Shown piece after piece: positions 37,402-48,755 of a stretch of 64,000 nucleotides of DNA. The translations under genes were made by a program, and so were the position numbers. The notes below the pieces were generated by a model, which was not told where the DNA came from, did no database searches, and saw only the letters and a list, made by a program, of their open reading frames with translations. The stretch is taken from the NCBI RefSeq assembly GCF_004010195.1, contig NC_057718.1, positions 22,099,714 to 22,163,713 on the forward strand, written 5' to 3'. Each line of letters begins with the position of its first letter. Within the stretch, counting starts at the first letter, position 1. The stretch comes from Chiloscyllium plagiosum (taxonomy: Eukaryota).

Positions 37402-38859
37402 AGTCAACCTAGTTACCTCACTCTGAGTAATTTTCACTGCATACTTTCTAAAACAAATTGCAAAGTTATGGTCTATGCTGCCTGCTTAAGAATGTTCTGA
37501 GTGTCTGACCTAATCCATAACAGGAAGTACAGCGTCCTAAGACAATTGTGTTGACTAAATCTCTTTATTTTAACTTACAGATGTGAGGACATGTACTTCT
37601 GTCACATCGAAGTACATCATGAGATCATAATGAAAAATAATCATGGGTCATCTGTTTCTGCAGGCTTCCACCCCAAGTGAACATAAATTAATGTATCTAT
37701 AATTAAATCACTGAAAAATCCTATTTTGTTGGTATGGCTGATCATCTCATTATTGCAAAATTACTTCTCTAGCTTCTTATGTCAATTTTTACATTTCTAA
37801 TCCTCCTTTCTGCACAGTAGCTTTAAAGGATTCTGACCACCGCAGGTTAACTAACAGCGATCTGAAGTTTGAAACATCCTGACAGCAATATTTTAACGTA
37901 ACTGTTTACACTTCCAGGCAATTGCTTTGCATTGCCAGGCCAGCATAAACACAGCATCATATTCTGTCCCTCTTCCAGAATGGGCAACTCAGAGACACAA
38001 GTTATGGATGGAGTCTTATAGAGGTCTGAGTAATGTGGGCTACTGTGAGATTTTTGACAGAATCAGAAAAGAAATCCAGCAAGGCTGATCTCAACATCAG
38101 GAGCATCTTGTTCCATCCTTTATGTTTTTGACAAGTGGCATAATGAGTTGCTTAATAGGCAGTGGCAATTTGGCATTTAAGGGGGATTAATGCTTGTAAA
38201 AGGTGTTGCTGACAGTCTAACTCACATCAATATTCACCTTTCCATTTTACTAAGCTGGTTAAACAAGTCAGATGCTGAAAAAACTCAACATGAAAGTCAG
38301 AACGAGTACCTGGCGAACTGAGCTCGTCGCTTGCTCTGATGAATCTTCATGTTGGACATGAGACATCAACATCTCAGGGCTCACTCTGTGGACACTATTT
38401 ACATGTACCCCTCCATGGGCATTAGCATCCAACATCAGTCTCTGATGATCCTCTTTGAACATCTCCTATCCAGGACAACTTTGCATTTCAGTGATGCATC
38501 TTGGGTTGCATTGGCAACTAACATTGTAATACTGCAGCAAGGATACTGTGCACTCAGGGATACATACTCGGCTCATGGATCAGACCAAGCTTCATCTCTG
38601 GGCTCTTAGCTCACTGTTATAGTTCTTGCTAGTCTCAGCCCACCTTGATGCTGACAGCATCCCTGCATTACCCTGCCCTTTGACCTTTTAGCCTGAGATA
38701 CCTGGCTTTTATTACTTCTGTTTTGCCTCACTTGAGCAGAGTGAAAAGGACCTTTGTCATGTTGTTAGCAGATCTTGGTCAAGTCAGGGGGAACAACTTT
38801 TTCAGAGGGTCCTGACATGGTAACTCAGGGGCTCCCTCCAATAGGAATCCAAAAGCTTG

Positions 38860-39512
38860 AATAGTAAATCAACTAATCCAGTTGCTTAGGATTTGGATGC
38901 TCTCCGCAGAATGGGTGAGGAGCCAAATGTCGGACAATCTACCATTCATCTTGACTATTTCTATAGCCCTCTATTGGGGGCTGTTTACCTTCTGGAATGA
39001 GACAAAGGCAGGTATTAAGGGAGAAGAAAGCAGGTGGCACAGCTGTTAATTTTGGTGCAGATGGGGAGGTGTTTTGAACAAGCGAATAGACATGTGGAGG
39101 CCATGTAGGGTGAGTGGTGTCAGGTGTTAATTGGGGGCACAGGGGTGGTGGTGGTGGATGTAACAATGAGTTGGGAAGATGTTACATGTAATAGTGAGGG
39201 TGGTTATGCATGAACCATGATAGGGGGTCGTTACAATAGCCGAAATAAAATGGGTGTGAGGTACCAGAAGGAGGTAGCGGCACTTATACTGGCAGGGCAG
39301 AGAAGGACATTGATCTTCTTCCTATAGTGCCAAATGGCTGAGATTGCTTTAACCAGCGTGGCAACTGAGCACCATACTGGCATGGCCTGTTGTTATGACC
39401 TCCACTGTTGCCTTTGGAGGAGAAGGAAATCCTGTGTTTGCATCACCTCATCCAACAGGATCTCTAGATCCCTGCCACAAAGCAGGTTGCCAGTTTTACC
39501 CTCTCTGTCATG
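38860..39512 (-). mobile_element. PIF/Harbinger Myb/SANT-like gene remnant
   Basis: Minus-strand translation from about 39511: MTERVKLATCF/GRDLEILLDEVMQTQDFLLL..PVWCSVATLVKAISA..YRKKINVLL; resembles the Harbinger Myb-like ORF; possible second exon PDIWLLTHSAESIQIL near 38885-38935. Confidence 0.55.
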
Positions 39513-40927
39513 CTTGGACAATTCTCAGAAACCGTGTCGGGCAGCTGTGAACTGAAGTGCAGGGGCTTTTGAAGATGGTGTGGGCATAAGTGATGCCGCT
39601 GAATTTCAGGATATCTTGATAGTGGTGAGTTACACTGGGAATGGCACGTGGTTAGATGGGACTGGAATTGGGCAAGAGGAATGCCATGGGGCAGTGTCGG
39701 TAGCTAAGGAGGCAAGTTTGGTTAGATGTGGCCAGAAATCTCATTAGGCCTCGCAGTGGAGTGGCAATCCCTTCAAAAAAATCAGACATGATTTGTATTT
39801 AGCCCATAGTTTGGAATTGGACCTCATTGAAATGTACTATAGACAGAAAGCCGAGCATCCTTCAGGCATTTCGACAGTGTCTTGTCATTGACCTGGGAGT
39901 GGCAGATTCTGGTAGATGCTGATAGTGAGGAAGAAGGTTATGATCAGAGCAAGAGGAGAATTGATTGGGAGGGAAGTGGGAAACATGGAGTGAGGGCACA
40001 ACAGGAGTGAAGAATTGGAGTTATACTCCATCCCTTCTCAATTAAGGACCGTTTCCTCACCTGCCATTACCAGGATGGTGGGATGGTATGCTTCTGATGC
40101 AGAATCTGCAAACACACACCAGCCATCATTCTTTGGAATTTAGGTGCCTATTTTACATTTCAAAGATGGACATTGTACCAAAAATAAATCCTCAGGCATT
40201 GACGTGGGCTCTGATGTTAATAATCTTGTGATAATTGTTTTGTGTATTTTTGAGAAGTTTGAGACTGAGCTGGGCTATCCTTTTAGACATAGCTGGAGTG
40301 GGGTCCCTGTAAACTGGATAGAAATAATAGAATTTACACTCTCAAAAAATCTTGAGTTTGACATTTCATTTCAATTACAAATATTCATTCTTTGCTGTCA
40401 AATCTTTTTCTGTTGGCTGTTTTATTAAAATGTCATGATGTGTTTATAAATCAGTGTTCCCTTGCAGCATTTAGAATAATGACAATTTTTTTGTGTCACT
40501 GGTATGTTTGTGACAGATATTCTTTACCTCTACAGTGAAAATATTTGAGACTTTCTCCAAGTTCTGATCATTTATTTTCATGACTTACTGTGCTTGTATA
40601 ATTGTGCTTTATGCAGCTAATTTGTAACTGTTGAAGACTTTTGTCACTTCCATTTTCACTCAAGTTAAGAATTCTTTTTCATCTTTTGTTAATTGAATAT
40701 TAAGTGGCTTTAATTTTAAATTGGGATTGGGATTAATTGGGATTCACTTGACCCTACAGACATTGATTTAAACAATGGTTGTTAGCTCAGGAAGTGCTTG
40801 TATATTCACTTTAACTGTACAAATAAATATTTAGAAGAGTGTGTTAAGCTTAGCTCCAAATTCATCCTTCTCTAACTAGCTTTCTGGATTGTAAAAGGTA
40901 GCAGAGGTTTATTGCTTAAAGTTTTAN

Positions 40928-41426
40928 NNNNNNNNNNNNNNNNNNNNNNNNNNNNNNNNNNNNNNNNNNNNNNNNNNNNNNNNNNNNNNNNNNNNNNNNN
41001 NNNNNNNNNNNNNNNNNNNNNNNNNNNNNNNNNNNNNNNNNNNNNNNNNNNNNNNNNNNNNNNNNNNNNNNNNNNNNNNNNNNNNNNNNNNNNNNNNNNN
41101 NNNNNNNNNNNNNNNNNNNNNNNNNNNNNNNNNNNNNNNNNNNNNNNNNNNNNNNNNNNNNNNNNNNNNNNNNNNNNNNNNNNNNNNNNNNNNNNNNNNN
41201 NNNNNNNNNNNNNNNNNNNNNNNNNNNNNNNNNNNNNNNNNNNNNNNNNNNNNNNNNNNNNNNNNNNNNNNNNNNNNNNNNNNNNNNNNNNNNNNNNNNN
41301 NNNNNNNNNNNNNNNNNNNNNNNNNNNNNNNNNNNNNNNNNNNNNNNNNNNNNNNNNNNNNNNNNNNNNNNNNNNNNNNNNNNNNNNNNNNNNNNNNNNN
41401 NNNNNNNNNNNNNNNNNNNNNNNNNN
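40928..41426. other. Assembly gap
   Basis: Run of N. Confidence 1.
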
Positions 41427-42492
41427 CAATGAGTGCTATTCTGGCTGACAATCAGTGACTAGTAGAAAGTGAGGACTGCGGGATGTAGTGGTGTGCCTCA
41501 GGGATCGGTGTTGGGACCACAATTATTCATAATTTATATCGATTTGGAGTTGGGGACCACGTGTAGTGTGTCAAAGTTTTCAGATGACGCTAAGACGAGT
41601 GGCAGAGCAAGGTGTGCAGAGGACTGTGAAACTTTGCCGAGGAACATAGATACTTTGAGTGAGTGAATACAAAGGTCTGGCAGATGGAAGACAATGTTAA
41701 TAAATGTGAAGTCATACATTTTGGGAGGAATAACAGTAAAAAGGATTATTAATTTATTGGCAAAAAAGTTGCAGCTATCCAGAAGGACCTCGGTGTCGTT
41801 GTGCTTGAATCAAAGAGGGTTGGTCTGCAGGTACAACAAGTAATTAGGAAGGCAAATGGAATTTTGTCCTTCATTGCTAAAGGGATTGAATTTAAAAGCA
41901 GGGAGATTATGTTGTAGCTGTACAGGGTACTGATGAGGCCACACCTGAAGTACTGTGTGCAGTTTTGATCTCCTTACTTGAGTAAGGATGGACTGGCATT
42001 GGAGAGGATGCAGAGGAGGTTCACTCGGTTGATTCCAGAGTTGAGGAGATTGACTTATAAGGGGAGACTGAGTAGACTGGGATTATATTCATTGGAATTC
42101 AGAAGAACTTTCTTACAGAAACATATTAAACTATGAAGGGACGAAGTAAGATAGAAGTAGAGAGGATGTTTCCACTGGCAGGTAAAACAAGGGCAAGAGG
42201 CCTCAAGATTAGAGGGAGCAGATTTAGGACTGAATTGAGAAGGAGCCTCTTCACCCAGAGGGTTGTAAATCTATGGAATTCTTTGCCCAGAGAAGTAGTT
42301 GACTCTATTTCAGTGGAAGTGTTTAAAGCTAAGATAGAAGTTTTTTGAATAATAAAGGGATTAAGGGATATGATGAAAATGCAGATAAATGGAGCTGAGT
42401 CCACGAAAAGATCAGCCATGATCTTATTGAATGGCGGAGCAGGCTCGAAGGGCCGGATGGCCTACTCCCGTTCCTAGTTGTTATGTTCTTAT
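41427..42492 (+). mobile_element. CR1 LINE 3' ~1 kb
   Basis: SGVPQGSVLGPQLF, SKFSDDAK, RSLFTQRVVNLWNSLP, tail TTATGTTCTTATG. Confidence 0.92.
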
Positions 42493-42959
42493 GGAACAAA
42501 ACATGATGACAAAACTACTATCCGAGCAGTTATTGTGGAAAATGGCAGAAACCAAGTGAAAATTGCCGAGATATGATCACCCTTTATGTTCCTGGACTTT
42601 GAAGATATGTTGACTGGAAGAAAGCATTGGCTACGTGGACATGGATAAAGTCCCTATGAAAGAGAAAGTATGGCTTTGGTCTTGTCACTTCATACCAATG
42701 ATACAATCAGGAGTCAAGAATTGTGGAAGTTAGATGCCCATTGGTTGTTTAGTTTTTAAGATTCATGCTTTCTTTTAGAACTCTTCAATTAAACTGACAA
42801 GAAAGATAATCTGTTAAGTGTCTGTGACATTCATAGATGTTAGATTTCAGAGCATTTAAAACTATCTGAGATAGAATTTAATACAGGTAATTTGGAGTAT
42901 TAAAGAAGTAAGAATCATTGGGAATCAAGTCTGCTAAGGTAACAGACGGTGATAGGAAT

Positions 42960-43948
42960 ATCACCCTCCCACATGGTCAACGATGCCCTCCAGCACATCT
43001 CCTACACCACACGCACCTCTGCCCTTGAATCCCACCCCTCCCACTGCAACAAGAATAGAACCTCCTGGTCCTTACCTCCACCCCATCAACCTCCGTATCC
43101 ATTGCATTATCATCCGCCACTTCCGCTACCTACAAACAGACCCCACCACCAGAGATATATTTCCCTCCCCACCCTATCAGCGTTTGGAGACACTATTCCC
43201 TCCGTGACTCCCTTATCAGATCCACATCCCCCCCCACCAGCCCTCACCCCACTCCCGGCATCTTCCCTTGCCACCGCAGGAAGTGCAAAACTGTGCCCAC
43301 ACCTTTCCTCTCACCTCCGTCCAAGATCCCAAAGGATCCTTTCATGTCCGACAGACGTTTACCTGTATCTCCACTAATATCACCTACTGTATTCATTCCA
43401 CCCAACATCGGGATGCATCTACATCGGGGAGACAGAATGCCAACTTGTGGATCATTCCAGAGAACATCTCTTTATCAACTTTACCAACCAACCCAACCGC
43501 CCCGTGGCTGAACACTTCAACTCCCACTCCAATCCCACCAAGGGCATGCAGGTCCTGGGCCTCCTCCATTGCCAAACCCTAACCACCCGATGTCTAGGCG
43601 AAGAATGCCTCATCTTCCACTTTGGGACCCTGCAACCACACATGATTAATGTGGATCTCACCAGTTTCCTCATTTCCCTTCCCCCACCTTATCTTTCCAA
43701 CTCAGCACTGTCCTCTTGACCTGTGCACCGTCTTTCCCATCTATCCTCTCCATCCTCCTCTCTGACTTANNNNNNNNNNNNNNNNNNNNNNNNNNNNNNN
43801 NNNNNNNNNNNNNNNNNNNNNNNNNNNNNNNNNNNNNNTGCCCGAAACGTGAATTCTCCTGCTCCTCGGATGCTGCCTGATCTGCTGTGCTTTTCTAGCA
43901 CCACACTTTTGACTCTGATCTCCAGCATTCGCAGTCCTCACTTTCTCC
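42960..43948 (+). mobile_element. Penelope-like element 3' part (GIY-YIG + terminal repeat), spans a small gap (43770-43838)
   Basis: CHRRKCKTV, QDPKGSFHVRQTFTCISTNITYCI, PVAEHFNS, EECLIFHFGTLQP; TGCCCGAAACGTGAATTCTCC after the gap. Confidence 0.9.
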
Positions 43949-44045
43949 TAGGTGCTAGGAATAAGACATCATTTCTGAAATGTATCAATTAAACTTTTGA
44001 GGTTTGTTTTTCACCATTAAACAGGATTCATTTCAACATCTTTGT

Positions 44046-44365
44046 GGGCGGCACAGTGGCACAGTGGTTAGCACTGCTGCCTCACAGCGCCAGAGACCCG
44101 GGTTCAATTCCCGCCTCAGGCGACTGACTGTGTGGAGTTTGCATGTTCTCCCCGTGTCTGCGTGGGTTTCCTCCGGGTGCTCCGGTTTCCTCCCACAGTC
44201 CAAAGATGTGCAGGTCAGGTGAATTGGCCATGCTAAATTGCCCGTAGTGTTAGGTAAGGGGTAAATGTAGGGGTATGGGTGGGTTGCACTTCGGCGGGTC
44301 GGTGTGGACTTGTTGGGCCGAAGGGCCTGTTTCCACACTGTAAGTAATCTAATCTAATCTAATCT
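44046..44365 (+). mobile_element. HE1-type SINE, young copy
   Basis: Nearly identical to 17831-18155. Confidence 0.93.
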
Positions 44366-44734
44366 TGGTCACTGAGCAGTGGGTAGAATACATTATGCTT
44401 TGTATTTCAGGTGCTTATGTGTTTTTGTTTTAATAATGAAAGTCCTGATAAATAGAATGGGAATGATCATGACACTTACAAGAAAGCTGTCGCATCCAAA
44501 GGCCATTTTCCCTGATAAGCCAGGGGGTAAAATGTTAGCAAGAATGGGTGGAAATGTAGAACAATCAGGTAAATCATGATCTTACTGAATCATTGAGTAG
44601 TGTTGATTCACCAAAGTGACCTTTTTTGTTTCATTCTTGCCTCCAAGTGGAGCATAAATTCTCTCCATGTGTCTGATTTTCCTTTCTTGTCTGTGGTACT
44701 GTAAAAATATGAAGCATGGGTGATGAGATTGAGT

Positions 44735-44923
44735 TGAAAATGTGTTGCTGGAAAAGTGCAGCAGGTCAGGCAGCATCCAAGGAGCAGGAGAATCGACGTT
44801 TCAAAGGGCTCATGCCCGAAACGTCGATTCTCCGGCTCCTTGGATGCTGCCTGACCTGCTGCGTTTTTCCAGCAACACATTTTCAGCCCTGATCTCCAGC
44901 ATCAGCAGTCCTCACTTTCTCCC
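44735..44923. mobile_element. Family A PLE fold-back insertion
   Basis: About 68-bp inverted arms meeting at the hammerhead stem II; TSD TGATGAGATTGAGT (44721-44734, 44924-44937). Confidence 0.88.
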
Positions 44924-46314
44924 TGATGAGATTGAGTACTCACTCACATTGATCAGGAGATGGTGATGTGATGTCATTTCTGGCCCCAGATGTCTGAGCC
45001 TCTAATTGATCTGAAATTCCTAAAGACCAGAGAGGGCAGAAACCAAGGTATTGGCTCAGAGTGGAACAAGATTTGGAGTGGGAAGTGTTTCACCGAGGTA
45101 CCTACATATAGCCAAGATATGGAGAGGTAGCCTTCCAGCCCGACCGTCTGGCATCAATGTTTTATATCTGGGGAAGTTACTGGGATTCCTTGTGACTTAC
45201 ACTTCAAAGTCATTTGAGGAATGATGCCACATGTTCCCTAGAGAAAGACAGTTAATCCTTCAGGATGAGTCAATTATTTTTAAAATACTTGCAAATTACT
45301 TCTTTTGCAGCAAACAAGCCAACCAGCAACTTTTTGTCAGCCTACAACCTGCACAATTTTCCTTTTCTTTGGACTTGCTAGAAAGGTAAAATGAGATTGA
45401 CCATATAAAGGATAACCAATCAGATATCATTAACGCTATACCATTGGTGAAAGATAAATTTGCTCCCAAATTTCTTTAGCCGAACTTGGTTAAAAACGAA
45501 CCCTGAACTCTAGTGTACCAACAGCTATTTCGTTATGGATCCACTCCCATTATTGTTGCTTGGGTGTAGTCATTCATAGAATGTATCTTTTTCTTTGTTA
45601 TTTTACCACTTTTCAAGACAACCATTTAGTGGAACTCTGCAAATTTTGAACTGTAGCTGTGGATTTTACACAGGGAGTGAATCTGTGGGTTCTTCAGTGT
45701 GTTGTTTTTGCAACATTGCAACGATCACTGTTTATATTCTTGTGAACATGGCTGAAGCTATTAATTTGGTTGTTTCGTTTATGTTATCTGAAAACTTAAT
45801 TTGTTAAGCACAAATGTCTACTTTGATCTGTTATTTGTATTGTATAATGCAAATTATTGAATAATAATTATTTTTGAGTGTAAATAAATCTTTTGAAATT
45901 AATGAAGTAATTGTATACTAAGTATCACTCCTCATGGGATTCATTTTGCTTTCAAGTTGTCTTGGCTGTTGCTATGATTTAGCCATTCATGACTTTTTTT
46001 TCATCAGTTATTTTATCACTAGTTTAAAGGAACTCTGTAAATTTTGAATTGTGGCTGCAGACCTTACACAGGGAGTGAATCTGAGGGAGTGGGGTTTTTC
46101 AGTGCTGTTAACATTTTAACTAACTATTTAGTTAGCCGACACTTGAATTTTTAAATACAACTGTTAATGACGATCATGAGAATGAAAGCATCTTGATAAT
46201 ATTACTGGTATTAATTTGTAATCCAGAAATCTGGACAAATGCTTAAGAAACATGATTTCAAAACCTGGTACAATGTGTTTTCAATTAAAATTGTGATCAC
46301 TTTGCGCTTGAGCA

Positions 46315-47300
46315 TCAGCAAAGTGATGGAAAATGTCATCAAGCAGCACCTGTTCAGCAAAAAGCTGCTCACTGATGTCTAGTTTGGGTTCTGCCAGAGC
46401 CACTCAGCTTCTGACCTCATTACAACCTTGGTTCAAATATGAGTATAAAAACTGAATTTCAGAGGTGAGGTGAGAGTGACAGCCCTTGACGTCAAGGTGG
46501 TATTCAACTGAGTATGGCATCAAGGAGCCCTATCAAAACTGGAAGCAGTGGGTTACGGGGGTAAACTCTCCACTGGTCGGAGTCATAGGAAGATGATTGT
46601 GGTTGTTGGAGGTCTGTCGTCTTAGTTCCACGACATCTCTGCAGGAGTTCCTGAAGGTGTTACCTTAGGTCCACCCATCTTTGTCTACTTCACCAATGAC
46701 CTTCCCTCCATCATATGGTCAGAAGTGATATTCAGTACCATTCGTGACTCCAAAATACTGAAGCAGTCCATGTTTAAATGTAACAAGACCTGGACAATAT
46801 CCACACTTGGACTGACAAGTGGCAAGTAAGATTCGCACCACACAAATGCCACGCAATGACCATTTCCAGTATGAGATGATCTAATCACCATCCCTTGACA
46901 TTCAATGGTGTTACCATCCCTGAATCCCCCACTATCAAGATCCTGGGGTTTCCATTGACCAGAAATTGAACTGGACTCACCATACAAATTCCTGAAGAAG
47001 GGCTAATGCCCGAAACGTCGATTCTCCTGTTCCCTAGATGCTGCCTGACCTGCTGCGCTTTTCCAGCAACACATTTCCATCTCACCATACAAATACAGTG
47101 GCCCTGGCAATGTTGCAGGTATAATGCTAAAGACTAGAGGTCCAGAACTGGCTGTGCACATGACTAACCTGTTCACTACAGCTGCAACTCTGGCATCTAT
47201 TCAACAATGTGAAAAGTTGATCGGGTGTTTCCTGGAAACAAAGGCAGGAACATTTTGATCTGATTAATTATCCTATCACTGTCAGTCATCAGCAAACTTA
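46315..47300 (+). mobile_element. LINE family 2 RT region, decayed
   Basis: CAGCCCTTGACGTCAAGG, GGAGTTCCTGAAGG..TTAGGTCC, GACAAGTGGCAAGTAA; homologous to 27098-27480. Confidence 0.8.
46990..47080 (+). mobile_element. 91-bp family A insertion starting at an intact hammerhead
   Basis: TSD CTCACCATACAAAT (46976-46989, 47081-47094); CTGAAGA-A-GGGCTAATGCCC-GAAACGTC at 46992-47019. Confidence 0.88.
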
Positions 47301-47519
47301 TCGAAGAAGTAACTCATGATAAATTAGCTAAGAACAAAGGTGTTTCAGAACATGTTCAGGTAGTTGTTTCAAACAGAAAATAGATGATGATGAAATCAAC
47401 TGCTTTTTCAATAGTATCTATTCTAGATGTATTGAGAGTATGCAAGGTATTCTGAAAAAGTTCTTCAAAAGCTTAGCTTCTTACATTTGTATCTCAAGAT
47501 GAAGTATTGTCCATACTTT

Positions 47520-47900
47520 GCAGTGTTCTTGGCTCAGTAGGACTACTTGCTTCTGAGCCAGAAGAGGTGGTTGCAAGATCACAAAATCTATGATGACACT
47601 GTACTGAGTACTGCACTGCTGGAGGTGACATCTTTTGGATGAGATGTTGCACTAAGGTTCCCTCTTAGAGGAAGAAGAACATGGCAGTTTTCTCTAATAC
47701 TCTGGCCAATATTTATCCCTGTATGAACACCACTGAAATAAAAGATTATCTAGTTTTTATTTCATTTCTGTTTGTGTGACGTTATTATGTGCAAATTGAA
47801 GCATTTTCTATATTGCATCAGTGATTACATTGGCCGTGACATAGTTTAGAATATTTTGAGATTGTGAAAGACACTATATAAATGCCAGTCTTTCTTCTTT
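47520..47900 (+). mobile_element. DeuSINE/SacSINE1-like SINE
   Basis: tRNA-like head TGGCTCAGTAGG..TCTGAGCCAGAAG; CTGGCCAATATTTATCCC and TGTGCAAATTG central motifs; tail GAAAGACACTATATAAATGCCAGTCTTTCTT. Confidence 0.7.
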
Positions 47901-48507
47901 TACAGACACCTAACAGACACCAATTACCTCCAAAAATAGGCAAAATTCTGAACTATAATTGGACTAATATTACTGTGACAAAAAATATACACAACATTGT
48001 CATTAACTTAATGCTACTGTTTTTGTAAAAGTTAAACAAGCAGAAATTTAATAATCTGTATCTCATTTTTCACAAGTTGGTGTACCACCAGATTTGAAAG
48101 TTAAAAAAAAATGACACATAGCATACGTGCAACTGAATTTCATGGCTGTAATTTGTCTTCTGTAATTTCAATATATCTGAGACCTGGCTGTCAGTGTCCC
48201 AGAGGTGGTACAACACAGAATTAATTATCAGCTGAAAGTTCAAATGTTTTCAGCCTGTCTCTCCCTACTTTACAAGTCAGACATTTAGCTTTTTTGGTTA
48301 GCTATTTATTTTCTTGAAGTTTTTTTTCTTCCAAGTTGGAGGATTGGACACATCTTGTTTGCAGATTTCTTTGACCAATCATTGTTGTCCAGTAAGTGTG
48401 ATGAGTCACCTCTTAGCTAAATAATTTCTTCCAGGAGCAATGTGGCAGCGTTTTATTAGGAAGTTCAATAGCCATCGGGTGAAATCTCATGCACTGCCTA
48501 ATTCCTG

Positions 48508-48745
48508 GTAAGGTCAAAAATCACATGATACCATGTTATCGTCCAATGAGTTTATTTGAAACACTAGCTTTCAGAGTGTAGCTCCTTCATCAGGTGTTAG
48601 TGAGAAAGACTTTAGATATAGAACTTATAAGGAAAGTATCAAAGTGTCAAATGTTGTTTTCAAATAAACCTGTTGGACAATAATTTGGTGTCATGTGATT
48701 TTTGACCTTGTCCAACCCAGTCCAACACTAACACCTCCACTTCAC
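48508..48745. mobile_element. Family B fold-back insertion
   Basis: TSD AATTCCTG (48500-48507, 48746-48753); arms AAGGTCAAAAATCACATGA / TCATGTGATTTTTGACCTT. Confidence 0.82.
48561..48597 (-). ncRNA. Minimal type-I hammerhead ribozyme motif, family B
   Basis: Minus strand ACAC-CTGATGA-A-GGAGCTACACTCT-GAAAGCTA-GTGT: 4-bp stem I, intact core, AGCT stem III. Confidence 0.72.
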
Positions 48746-48755
48746 AATTCCTGAC

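Larger units (their letters stand above)
36476..37522 (+). mobile_element. Solo LTR (same family as 9798-10411) with two nested PLE repeat insertions
   Basis: TGTCACAAAGCT...CCATAACA, TSD GGAA (36472-36475, 37523-37526), AATAAA near 37209. Confidence 0.88.

Noticed and set aside
37580..37620. Interleaved inverted repeats GATGTGA/TCACATC and ATGTACTTC/GAAGTACAT after an AG acceptor-like site
   Set aside because: A pseudoknot would need a near-zero loop; short enough to be chance; no recognisable exon product
40872..41451. Long ORFs over the N run (also 56198-57758 and 43723-43992)
   Set aside because: Artefacts of assembly gaps translated as X
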